Assembly (NCBI GenBank): GCA_965223325.1
Contig: CBDCWI010000001.1
Span: 1,344,001-1,408,000 of the forward strand
DNA length: 64,000 bases
DNA from: Candidatus Multivoradales bacterium
GTDB lineage: Bacteria; Acidobacteriota; Thermoanaerobaculia; Multivoradales; Multivoraceae
Direction of reading: 5' to 3'
Below the pieces are notes generated by a model, which was not told the DNA's origin, did not search any database, and saw only the letters and a program-made list of their open reading frames with translations. Shown here in pieces: positions 47,270 through 56,072 of the stretch. Each line of letters opens with the position of its first letter. The stretch's first letter is position 1. The position numbers were made by a program, and so were the translations under genes.

Positions 47270-48417
47270 ACACCAGGGAAAGAAGTAGCAGGGAAGAACG
47301 CGATCGGCAGGCGCTCGAAGAAGCCCGAACGGGGCTCAGGGCCTGGGGCATCGACCGGGAAACCGCAGCGATCTCCCCGATCGGCCACGGGCACATTCAC
47401 GAGACCTGGGAAGTTCGCGATCCGTCCGGCGAACGCTATGTCTTGCAGTGGCTCAACGGCAGCGTGTTCCCGGATCTCGAAGCGGTGGCCCAGAACATCG
47501 CAGTCGTCAGCGCGCACTTGCGACGAGCGGCCGAGCGCCGCGGCGAGGACCTCGGGCGCCGCGCTCTCGAAGTCCTCCCCGCCCGCGACGGCTCCAGCTG
47601 GATACCGCTCGAGCGCTCTCTCGACCAACCCCCCGCCGGCCTCAGGCTCTTGCGCTACATCGAAGGCTCGCGAGCGGTCGCCGAAGCCCGCAGCATCGAA
47701 GACGTGCGTGAAGTCGGGCTCACGGTGGCGCGGTTTCAGGCAGACCTCGAGGAGTTGTCGGTCGATGAACTCGCCGAAACCCTGCCAGGTTTCCATGACA
47801 CGCCGAGCCGCTTCGACGCTCTCGAAAGGTCCGCGGCCCGCGACCCCCTCGGACGCCTCGCCGAGTGTCGGGATGTTCTAGACGCCTACCGCACCCGCCG
47901 TGAGAGCGCCGGCCGCCTGCTCGAAGCGGCCGAACGCGGCGACATCCCGTGGCGGGTGGTCCACAACGACGCCAAGATCGCCAATGTGCTCTTCGACGAA
48001 ACCAGCGGAGAGGGCCTGTGCATGATCGACTTCGACACCGTCATGCCGGGGCTCAGGCTCTGGGACTACGGCGAGATGGTGCGCTCGATGGCCTCGCGGG
48101 TGCCCGAAGACGGTCGCGGGCCCGAGGGGCAGCGACTCGAGGTCACGATCGAAGCGCAGCGGCTCGACGTCCTGCGAGACGCCTATCTGGAAGTCCTCGG
48201 AGATCTCCTGACCCCGACCGAGCACATCATGCTCGAGCATGCCGGCGAGCTCCTCACCGCCGAGAACGGCGTGCGGTTTCTCGCCGACCACATCGAAGGC
48301 GATCCCTACTACCCGGTCTCACGCCCCGGCCACAACCTCGACCGGGCCCGCACCCAGCTGGCACTGCTCGAAGCTCTCGAGCGCTACCGCCTGGGCCGCC
48401 GGAAGGGGCGCCGCTAG
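47266..48417 (+). CDS. APH-family sugar kinase (N-acetylhexosamine 1-kinase-like), probable CTG start
   Basis: GHGHIHETW loop lies upstream of the first canonical start (TTG 47443); YVLQ, LPGFHDT, VHNDAKIAN, IDFDTVMPG, RFLADH. Confidence 0.85.
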   Translation: MNTRERSSREERDRQALEEARTGLRAWGIDRETAAISPIGHGHIHETWEVRDPSGERYVLQWLNGSVFPDLEAVAQNIAVVSAHLRRAAERRGEDLGRRALEVLPARDGSSWIPLERSLDQPPAGLRLLRYIEGSRAVAEARSIEDVREVGLTVARFQADLEELSVDELAETLPGFHDTPSRFDALERSAARDPLGRLAECRDVLDAYRTRRESAGRLLEAAERGDIPWRVVHNDAKIANVLFDETSGEGLCMIDFDTVMPGLRLWDYGEMVRSMASRVPEDGRGPEGQRLEVTIEAQRLDVLRDAYLEVLGDLLTPTEHIMLEHAGELLTAENGVRFLADHIEGDPYYPVSRPGHNLDRARTQLALLEALERYRLGRRKGRR

Positions 48418-48430
48418 GACCGGTTGTCGC

Positions 48431-49135
48431 TCAGTTGGCGGTGCACAGTCGCATCGGCGCAAGAAACTCCGCGATCCGCGCCGCGTCACCCACCGAACCG
48501 CTGAGATCGATCGCATCGGCAGAAGCCTCGGGTTGCGGGTCCGGCCCCCACCAGATCGCCGTGCGCCGACCGCCCTTTTCAGCGCAGCGAAACATCACCA
48601 CTGTGTTGAGCCCGTCGCGCGAGTCCTGGAGCACATCAACCTCGCCGCGATGAGTGACCCACAGGGCCTTACCACCGGCAATGTCGACTTCGCCGCGGCC
48701 CACCCGTTCGTCGAGGCGCAGGTTGATTCCGGCTTGTTCGAGAGCCTTGTCGTCCTCGGTGCGCCCTTCGAAGAAGTCGAGCAGTCGATCCTCCCCACCG
48801 ATCTTGAGTGTTCGGGTGTAGAGGAAGCCGTGCTCGCCACGAAACTGTGGGCGGCGCACGTCACCATCAGGGGCCGCTTCGCCATCGGTCAGGATCACGG
48901 TGTCGAGAACCATCGGGATGCCCATCGCAACCCCAACCTGGTAGCCCTCGGGGAGCTGGTCGAGGCCGAGCAGTTCTTCTGCCTTCTCAGCCCGCCGATC
49001 GGCGCTCTTCATGTCTTCTTGAAGGTTCCGCGCCCAGAGGGCGAGCAGGATCGAACCGGCGACGCCAACGGCGATCATGAAGAGACAGCCACAGCCGACG
49101 TAGAACCAGGGGGAACGTCCACTCTCTTGGGTCAT
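48431..49135 (-). CDS. Hypothetical membrane-anchored protein
   Basis: SPWFYVGCGCL followed by a TM helix; GGAG RBS; fills the gap between neighbouring genes. Confidence 0.7.
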   Translation of the reverse strand: MTQESGRSPWFYVGCGCLFMIAVGVAGSILLALWARNLQEDMKSADRRAEKAEELLGLDQLPEGYQVGVAMGIPMVLDTVILTDGEAAPDGDVRRPQFRGEHGFLYTRTLKIGGEDRLLDFFEGRTEDDKALEQAGINLRLDERVGRGEVDIAGGKALWVTHRGEVDVLQDSRDGLNTVVMFRCAEKGGRRTAIWWGPDPQPEASADAIDLSGSVGDAARIAEFLAPMRLCTAN

Positions 49136-49249
49136 CAGGGATTCTCCGAGCGCTTTGTTCTGTCATGCTAACCGCGTCCGTCTACGAGAAGCAGCTACGG
49201 CTGCGGGCGAAACGCTATTCACCGCTCAGTCACCCCTGAGTCACCGCAC

Positions 49250-49609
49250 ATGCACGAGCACCCTGAAACAGTCGACCGCCAACCCGGTGGCCCCGTCGAG
49301 ACCGAGATCCGCCAACTGCTCGCCTCCGCGATCGACTGCACACATCTCGAAGTGTGGAACGAGAGCTCCAACCACTCGGTGCCGCCCGGATCCGAAAGTC
49401 ACTTCCGGGTTCTCGTTGTGTCTCCGTCGTTCGAAGGTGAGAAGCGCCTCGCTCGTCATCGACGCATCCACCGGGTTCTGGCGACACCGCTAGCTGGCCC
49501 GGTGCACGCCCTTGCGATCGAAGCGCACACCCCAGCCGAGTGGCAAGCAAGGGGCGGAGCCGTGGCCATCTCACCAGACTGCCTGGGTGGCTCGAAGAAC
49601 GACGCCTGA
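49250..49609 (+). CDS. bolA: BolA family protein
   Basis: NESSNH, ESHFRVLVVS..FEG..RLARHR, VHALAI, SPDCLGG. Confidence 0.92.
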   Translation: MHEHPETVDRQPGGPVETEIRQLLASAIDCTHLEVWNESSNHSVPPGSESHFRVLVVSPSFEGEKRLARHRRIHRVLATPLAGPVHALAIEAHTPAEWQARGGAVAISPDCLGGSKNDA

Positions 49610-49654
49610 GGCCCGCTCCCCTGAAGACGCTGACGCGATCGTCGGGCTCGAGAC

Positions 49655-50356
49655 CTACCAGGGCAAAGACTCGCCCTTGTAGTCGAAGAAGCGCCCATTG
49701 AGCGACGTCGCGGGACGCGCGAGAACTTCCTTGAGGCCTGCCGCACTCTCCTCCGGTGTGATCGCCGCACTCGGCCCACCCATGCGAGTCTGGACCCAGC
49801 CGGGATGGAGCGCTACGACGGCCACCCCGTACTTCGCGAGATCAACGGACAGGCTCTTGACCACAGCGTTGGCCGCTGCCTTCGATGATCGGTAGGCATA
49901 GTGCCGCCCGTCACCGTGAGCAATCGAACCCATGATGCTCGAGATCACCGCTACACGACCATCGCGACTCCGCCGGATGTTGTCGAGCAAGGCCTCGGTA
50001 ACTCGCGCAGGTCCGAGCACGTTGATGTCCAGGACCTCGCGCCAGGACTCGTAGTCGAGCGAGCCGATATCTTGGCCACCGCTGTCGCCGGCCGGTCCGT
50101 AGACTCCGGCGTTGTTGATCAGGAGGTCGACCGGCGTTCCAGCCAGAGCGTCTGGCAGACCAGCCAACGAGTCCGCGTTGGTGACCTCCAGGGTGTTGAT
50201 GTTGAGACTAGCCTCTGCGCTTGCCAGCTCCTGGAGCTCGGTCGCGTCGGAGGGTTCTCGGCAACAGGCATGGACCGTCCATCCGTCAGCGGCATAGGCG
50301 CGAGCAAGCGCCAGGCCGATTCCACGGTTCGCTCCGGTGATAACAGTTGTGGGCAT
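49655..50356 (-). CDS. SDR oxidoreductase (CsgA/C-factor-like)
   Basis: ITGANRGIG, INNAG, YRSSK, HPGWVQT.MGG. ATG 50356. Confidence 0.92.
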   Translation of the reverse strand: MPTTVITGANRGIGLALARAYAADGWTVHACCREPSDATELQELASAEASLNINTLEVTNADSLAGLPDALAGTPVDLLINNAGVYGPAGDSGGQDIGSLDYESWREVLDINVLGPARVTEALLDNIRRSRDGRVAVISSIMGSIAHGDGRHYAYRSSKAAANAVVKSLSVDLAKYGVAVVALHPGWVQTRMGGPSAAITPEESAAGLKEVLARPATSLNGRFFDYKGESLPW

Positions 50357-50572
50357 GTTTGTCCTTGGGCCTTTCTCTTCGGGACCGTCGTTCTGTTGGC
50401 GGAGAGCCAGCGCAACAGGCCGTCTGCCTTTCGCGTACACAGGGCAAAGGGCGGTTCGGCTCAGATCGCTGGTCAATCTTTGGGATCAGTGCGAATGCTA
50501 TCCAAAGCTCTACGTACTAGAAGGGCCACTCCTAAGATACCGTCGCAAAACAAGAACCAAGGACCTGGAACC

Positions 50573-52357
50573 ATGAGACCACGCCTTGCCATGCTGTCGG
50601 TCGTTGCCTGCGCCCTGTGCGCAAGCGCACTCACGGCCGAGATCACCGCTATCGAGAACGTACGTCTTTTCGACGGCGAAACCGTTCGAGAAAACGCCAC
50701 GATCGTTTTCGATACCCACGTCATCGCGGTCGGAACGAGCGCCGATATCGAGATTCCCGGCGGCGCAAAACGCGTCGACGGTAAGGGCAAGACGGTGCTC
50801 CCTGGTCTGATCGATGCCCACACCCACGTCTTCGGCGCGGTTCTTGCGGACGCGCTCAACTTCGGCGTCACCAGCTGCCTCGACATGTTCACCCACCCCC
50901 AGATGGCCAAGGGCATGCGAGCACAACAGAAGGACGGTGGACCCGCCAACCGCGCCGACCTGTTCTCGGCAGGCTTTCTGGTCACCGCAACTGGCGGCCA
51001 CGGCACGCAGTTTGGGCTCGAAGTCCCAACCCTCGACGACCCGGAGGAAGCCGAGGAGTTCGTCGCCGCGCGGGTGGCCGAGGGTTCTGACTACATCAAG
51101 CTGATCTACGAGGGCGGCGAGAATATCGGCCGCCCGTTGCCCACCCTTTCCTACGAAGCGCTCGAAAAGGCGATTGCGGCGGCGCACGCTCACGGGAAGC
51201 TCGCCGTGGTCCACGTCAGTACGCTCGAACGCGCCAAAGAAGCCGTGGCGGCAGGTGCCGACGGCCTGGTCCACATCTTCTACGACCAGGAAACCGACGA
51301 CGCCTTCGTGGAGGCCGCGCGCGAGAGAGGGATCTTCATCGTCCCAACCCTGGCGATCACCGAAAGCGTGCTCGGCAATGGAGAGGGCAAGAAACTGGCC
51401 GAAGACGAGGCCATTGCGGCGCATGCGACGCGCGAGCAGATCCTCAACCTCGGCCGCTCTTTCCCGGCCCGCGAGGGTTTTTCGATCGATGCCGTTCTCG
51501 CGTCGGTCGGGCGCCTCGATGAAGCAGGCATTCCAATGCTCGCCGGCACCGACGCCCCCAACCCGGGCACCGCCTTCGGCATTTCGATGCACCGCGACCT
51601 CGAGCTGCTGGTCGAGGCAGGTGTGGCGCCGATCGCGGCACTTAGAGGCGCAACCGCTCAGACCGCCGCCGCCTTCCAGCTCGAAGACCGCGGCACGTTG
51701 GTTCCCGGCAAGTTGGCGCACGTAGTTCTCGTCGATGGCGACCCAACGACGGACATCAAGCGAACCCGCAACATCGCCGGCATCTGGAAGGGCGGCGAAC
51801 GGTTCGAACGCGAAGTAGCCGAGCCCCAGACCGAACACCCCTCCCATGCCGCCGGCCTGGTCACCGACTTCGAAAGCGACGAGGCAGGCGAATCGCCCGA
51901 AGCGGCTAGCTGGGGCGGCACCTGGACCGTCTCGACCGACAAGATGATGGGCGGTGGTTCGACCGGGACAATGCACATCGTTACCGAGAACGGCAACAAC
52001 GTCCTCGAGGTCTCAGGCGAAATGAAGCCGGGCGCCCCGAACATGTGGTCAGGCCCCATGCTGGGAGCGGCGGCACAGATGATGACTCGACGCAGTCTCG
52101 AGGGCGACCGTTTCCGCATCCGCCTCAAAGGCGAAGAAGCCGGACAGGTCTACCTCTATGTGTTCGCCGAGTCGCTCGGCTTCATGCCCTCGATCCACCC
52201 GGTCTCAGTGACCACAGACTGGACGATCGTCGAAGTGCCATTCGATGACTTCTCAGGCTTCGACGCCTCCGGCTTTCAGGCGATTCTGTTCTCGGGGCCA
52301 CCGCAAGAAGGCACGTTTCGCTTCTGGATGGACGACTTCGAAGTGGTTGCGGACTGA
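50573..52357 (+). CDS. Exported amidohydrolase with C-terminal CIA30/carbohydrate-binding-like domain
   Basis: Signal peptide from ATG 50573; PGLIDAHTH, DYIK, VH, GLVH, AGTD; C-terminal STD.MMGG.S...FWMDDF. Confidence 0.88.
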   Translation: MRPRLAMLSVVACALCASALTAEITAIENVRLFDGETVRENATIVFDTHVIAVGTSADIEIPGGAKRVDGKGKTVLPGLIDAHTHVFGAVLADALNFGVTSCLDMFTHPQMAKGMRAQQKDGGPANRADLFSAGFLVTATGGHGTQFGLEVPTLDDPEEAEEFVAARVAEGSDYIKLIYEGGENIGRPLPTLSYEALEKAIAAAHAHGKLAVVHVSTLERAKEAVAAGADGLVHIFYDQETDDAFVEAARERGIFIVPTLAITESVLGNGEGKKLAEDEAIAAHATREQILNLGRSFPAREGFSIDAVLASVGRLDEAGIPMLAGTDAPNPGTAFGISMHRDLELLVEAGVAPIAALRGATAQTAAAFQLEDRGTLVPGKLAHVVLVDGDPTTDIKRTRNIAGIWKGGERFEREVAEPQTEHPSHAAGLVTDFESDEAGESPEAASWGGTWTVSTDKMMGGGSTGTMHIVTENGNNVLEVSGEMKPGAPNMWSGPMLGAAAQMMTRRSLEGDRFRIRLKGEEAGQVYLYVFAESLGFMPSIHPVSVTTDWTIVEVPFDDFSGFDASGFQAILFSGPPQEGTFRFWMDDFEVVAD

Positions 52358-52428
52358 GACAGGACTACGCTCACCCTCGCGATGAATGAGAACGAAGCCC
52401 ACAGGTCGCCCACGTTGGGGTCACCGCC

Positions 52429-52746
52429 CTACTCGTCCGGAACGACGAATCGTCCTGTCGGTGTTGGCCTGGGGTTCCTGCGCAGATCATCGTCGATCTT
52501 TTTCCAGGATTCTGGATAGTCCTCGCGCGAAGGGCGCGCCCAGAGGGGAGGCCAGTTGTCGATGTCGCCGACCTGCTCGCCGTCGACGAAGACGGTCCAC
52601 ATCGGCTCCGCGGGGAAGTCGTTCAACCTCAACCGGATCTCATGGTCTTCCAAAAGGCAGATCATCGGATAGTCGACGTCCTCGAAGTACTCGAAGACCA
52701 GTTGCCTCTCCTGCAATGCGCTCAAGGTTACCTTCGGCATACTCAA
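52429..52746 (-). CDS. Putative immunity protein B
   Basis: 105 aa, overlaps the toxin stop; RLNDFPAEP.WTVFVDG...DNWPPLW; paralog at 55177. Confidence 0.7.
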   Translation of the reverse strand: MSMPKVTLSALQERQLVFEYFEDVDYPMICLLEDHEIRLRLNDFPAEPMWTVFVDGEQVGDIDNWPPLWARPSREDYPESWKKIDDDLRRNPRPTPTGRFVVPDE

Positions 52747-54902
52747 CTCACCTTCTTGGTCACGGCCGCGTTGGTCTTCGAAGACGTTCCTATGATCCTC
52801 TCATAGGCTTCTTGAGGGGAGTGGCCAGCATCTAGGTACTTCCCGACGAGTTCGGCGAACGACGGTCCGTCGGAGTAGCCATGGTGGAAGAGGTCCCGAT
52901 GCTGAAGAAGCAGAACGTCTCTGGCGGATCCCATCATCGCGCGAGCCTCGAGCCGTGCCTGATGGCGTACTGTCCAGGCCCTGAAAGCGCGCTCCTCAAC
53001 GCCTAGCCCACTCGCAAGCCAGTCATGGTTGAGGCGCTCGACAGAGCCCGCCTGGCGGTTGTACCAATCCCGGATGACCGACGGGTCAAGATCTCCGACG
53101 GGTCGAGGGCTCAGGATAGGTTTCCAACGCGCGTCCAGGCGCCACTCTAATCCCTCGTTGGCGGCGCGATAGGCAAGCCGATCAAGTGAGCGTTGGTCTC
53201 CGAGACTCCGGACTTCTCTGGTCAGACTCGAGACTTCGGACCACGAGATCTGACCAAGCATGAGCCCATCGAGCTCAGCCGAAAGCCTCGCGAGCTCATC
53301 GGGTGACGCGGAGGAGGCGATGTCACGAAGCCGTGCTGCGTTGTGCGAGGGTGCAAGGTCGAACACCCTCCCGAGAGCGGTCGCGCGAGCGGCACTGAGG
53401 CCGGCCCGCACACTCTGCTTTGCAACGCTTGCTCCTGCTCCGCCGGCGGCGCTGGCGAAGGCGTCGAAGGTCACTCTGCCTGCGGCTTCTGACATGTAAC
53501 GGGCGGTGGTGCCGGTTCGCTTGGCTTCTTGCCAGCCGTCGCGTAAGGTCTCCCAGGCCATTTGTGCACCGAGTAGAAGCTCGGCCTGTGCGTCGGACTG
53601 GGCCTCGGGATCGACGACGCCAACGCCGAGGTTGGTCGCTTTGACGACTGTGGTTCCCAGGGCGCCCAGGTCTTTCCAGGTCTGGGCGCGGAAGAGGGAC
53701 TTGAAGGCTTCCACCGCCTCGACCCCACCTTCGGCCATTCCCTCGACGTAGCCGTACCCGACCTGCTCGAGCACTGGCTCGAGGTACTCAATCGTGGAGC
53801 CGCCCAGGTTGTGGATCTGCTCCTGAACGAGTTCTCGGTAGCGGGGATCGAGAGAGGTCATGAGCTCCTCGTCGAGGGCCATCTTGCGCAGCGCTTCGAT
53901 GAGGGCCGGCCCTTCGCCCGGGCCGGCGCTGGCGATGGCCTTGCGAATCTCGACCACCTTCGCCATCTCGGTGCCGCTGCTCTCTAAGGCGGCGTGGATG
54001 CGCTCGGCGGCGGTGTAGGCGTTGGCGTGTCCTCTTACGTTGACGGTTTCGCCGTGCGTCCAGGCCGGGACGGCGAGCGTCTGGCCGATCTGGAGAACGC
54101 TTTCTCGGGTGATGTCGGGGTTGACCGCGAGTAGATCGTCGACGGTCACGCCGAGCGACTGGGCAAGCGCCGAGAGGCTATCGCCCTGTTCGATGGTGAG
54201 CTGGAAACCCGGGGCGTCGGGGTTGGGTTCGAGAGCCGGGTCGCGAAACACCGGCGCCCAGGATGACTCGACGCCTGCTTCGCCGAGGCCATGGAACCAG
54301 GCCGCATCATCGAGGTTGAAGTCCCCGCCTGCCTCGAAGTCATTGGTGAAGGAGAAACCGCCGAAGTCGACGCTCGCTTCCGGCCAGGCGTCGTCTTGCT
54401 GCGGCAGACCGCCCCAGAGGCTGAACTCTGCAGGCTCGGTGTCAAAGCCTGGGGCATCCCAGTTCCATTCGAAGTCGTCGAGCCCCAACCCCAGCTCCTG
54501 ATCTTCGGTGGTGCCGATGTCCCAACCGAAGTCCCAGCCGAGGTCGAACTCTCGCGGTTCTTCGTGGAGGTTGGAAGTGCCGAAATCGTAGGGCGACCGG
54601 TCGAGACTCCAGTCGGCACCGAACGGATCGCCATAGGAGAAGTCGGAGCCGGTGTTCCAGAGATTCTCGGCGTTGGCGCCGAAGTCAGTGCCGAAGTCCG
54701 CATCGAACTCGAACCCGAGGTCGAAGGTCGCGGGCGGCTTTGTGTTCGAGTCGAAGAGTGAGCCGAAGCCACCCGAAGCTGACGGTTCGTAGCTGTCGTG
54801 CCCGAGGCTCGGCGAGGTCCCGAAACCGCCGTCAGTGCCTCCGAAGGTGTCACCCAGGTCGAGGCTGAAACCCGAGGGGTTGTCGTTTCTGATGTCGGTC
54901 AT
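52743..54902 (-). CDS. Putative polymorphic toxin B: acidic FG/aromatic-rich N-terminus, LysM, helical linker, C-terminal tip
   Basis: LysM IEQGDSLSALA..LGVTVDDLLAVN...LQIGQTLAVP; tip IRDWY...EERA..A...RH.AR..AR..M...RD...G..DGPSF...II.TS.KTN. Confidence 0.75.
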   Translation of the reverse strand: MTDIRNDNPSGFSLDLGDTFGGTDGGFGTSPSLGHDSYEPSASGGFGSLFDSNTKPPATFDLGFEFDADFGTDFGANAENLWNTGSDFSYGDPFGADWSLDRSPYDFGTSNLHEEPREFDLGWDFGWDIGTTEDQELGLGLDDFEWNWDAPGFDTEPAEFSLWGGLPQQDDAWPEASVDFGGFSFTNDFEAGGDFNLDDAAWFHGLGEAGVESSWAPVFRDPALEPNPDAPGFQLTIEQGDSLSALAQSLGVTVDDLLAVNPDITRESVLQIGQTLAVPAWTHGETVNVRGHANAYTAAERIHAALESSGTEMAKVVEIRKAIASAGPGEGPALIEALRKMALDEELMTSLDPRYRELVQEQIHNLGGSTIEYLEPVLEQVGYGYVEGMAEGGVEAVEAFKSLFRAQTWKDLGALGTTVVKATNLGVGVVDPEAQSDAQAELLLGAQMAWETLRDGWQEAKRTGTTARYMSEAAGRVTFDAFASAAGGAGASVAKQSVRAGLSAARATALGRVFDLAPSHNAARLRDIASSASPDELARLSAELDGLMLGQISWSEVSSLTREVRSLGDQRSLDRLAYRAANEGLEWRLDARWKPILSPRPVGDLDPSVIRDWYNRQAGSVERLNHDWLASGLGVEERAFRAWTVRHQARLEARAMMGSARDVLLLQHRDLFHHGYSDGPSFAELVGKYLDAGHSPQEAYERIIGTSSKTNAAVTKKVS

Positions 54903-55003
54903 GGCGCGGGGCTCCGGAAGGCAGGGGTGAGCTGTCAATCGCCTTCTTCCGACATCGAGCGACGTTGTTACCGGCCAACGGAGCGGGCCATTGCGCCCGA
55001 AAC
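54237..55003. repeat. Direct repeat copy 1 (toxin 5' region plus upstream DNA)
   Basis: Matches 57173-57939 at offset 2936; core 54327-54929 shows one mismatch by eye (54860 C / 57796 T). Confidence 0.93.
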
Positions 55004-55176
55004 CAGTGGGAGTCCAATCGGGCTCTCGCCCTTGTGTCGCTCTGGATCATCGCCCGCCTTGTCCAGCACACCGAACATCAAGGCGACCGGCGCGAATAGC
55101 GGAGGAGGACGCCGGAGTGCTCTCTCGGTGGGGTGCAGTTGGAGTTCGCAGGCCCCCGCGCTGGGGAGCTAACGTG

Positions 55177-55494
55177 CTATTCGTCCGGAACGACGAATCG
55201 TCCGCTCGGTGTTGGTCTGGGGTTCTTGCGCAGATCGTGGTCGATCTTTCTCCAGGACTCTGGATAGTCCTCCCGCGAAGGGCGCGCCCAGAGGGGAGGC
55301 CAGTTGTCGATGTCGCCGATCCGCTCGTCGTTGACGAAGACGGTCCACATCGGCTCCGCGGGGAAGTCGTTCAACCTCATCCGGACCTCCTGGTCTTCCA
55401 GTTGGCAGATCATCGGATAGTCGACGTCCTCGAAGTACTCGAAGACCAGCTGCCTCTCCTGCAATGCGTTCAGGGTTACCTTCGGCACCTTCAA
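55177..55494 (-). CDS. Putative orphan immunity protein B'
   Basis: 15 of 105 residues differ from 52429-52746 by my count. Confidence 0.75.
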   Translation of the reverse strand: MKVPKVTLNALQERQLVFEYFEDVDYPMICQLEDQEVRMRLNDFPAEPMWTVFVNDERIGDIDNWPPLWARPSREDYPESWRKIDHDLRKNPRPTPSGRFVVPDE

Positions 55495-55546
55495 GTCACT
55501 CTCTTGTTCACGGCCCCGTTGGTCCTCGAGACGTTTCGATGATCTT
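55491..55546 (-). pseudogene. Frameshifted remnant of a toxin-B-type C-terminal tip
   Basis: Reads KIIETS/(1-nt deletion)RTNGAVNKRVT* versus RIIGTSSKTNAAVTKKVS* in toxin B. Confidence 0.75.
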
Positions 55547-55619
55547 CGCGGTTCTTTTGGGTCCCTGGGCAGTGCCGAAGTCGCAAGGCGAAAGACCGAG
55601 ACGCCAGAGCCCGAACGCG

Positions 55620-56072
55620 TCAGGTCTCGGTCTCAACGAAGGACGCGATCTTGATCTCATCGCGGTCCAGGCCCTCGTGGTCCATGAGAACGGCGCGGAC
55701 CTTGCCGTCTCGCGAAATCCAATCCCACTGGCTTGGGCCCGGATGCGCTCCTGGCGTAACAGCGTCGCAATCGAGGGTGCGGCACAGAGCCTTGGCGAAC
55801 TCCTCGAAGATGGCGGTGTTCTCGGCGTCGTTGGTTCCAAGGCCAAGTCCCTCCTCCACTTCGTCGAAAACATCCGTCGAAAGCTGTAGCGGGTAGTCGC
55901 CGTAGCGCGGATAGCGGATGAGAATGACGGAATGCTCCCTCGGTGGGTGCAGTTCGTCGAGGTCTCGAAAGATCCCAACGCGTTCCGGCGGCACTTCGCA
56001 CACCTCGGCTACGGCGGCGCGCAGCGTCTCGTCGTCATAGCACTTGTCGAGCAGGATCTCATTCCAGATCAT
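55620..56072 (-). CDS. Putative immunity protein A
   Basis: 150-aa acidic protein; ATGA overlap with the toxin A stop. Confidence 0.7.
   Translation of the reverse strand: MIWNEILLDKCYDDETLRAAVAEVCEVPPERVGIFRDLDELHPPREHSVILIRYPRYGDYPLQLSTDVFDEVEEGLGLGTNDAENTAIFEEFAKALCRTLDCDAVTPGAHPGPSQWDWISRDGKVRAVLMDHEGLDRDEIKIASFVETET

Noticed and set aside
49901-50572. N-terminal extension of the 818-aa ORF
   Set aside because: Overlaps the SDR gene on the opposite strand; the signal peptide begins at ATG 50573.
50510-51976. 488-aa - strand ORF
   Set aside because: Antisense shadow of the amidohydrolase.
55508-55978. 156-aa - strand ORF as an intact orphan toxin
   Set aside because: Mostly an alternative frame of immunity A; only its last few codons belong to the frameshifted remnant.
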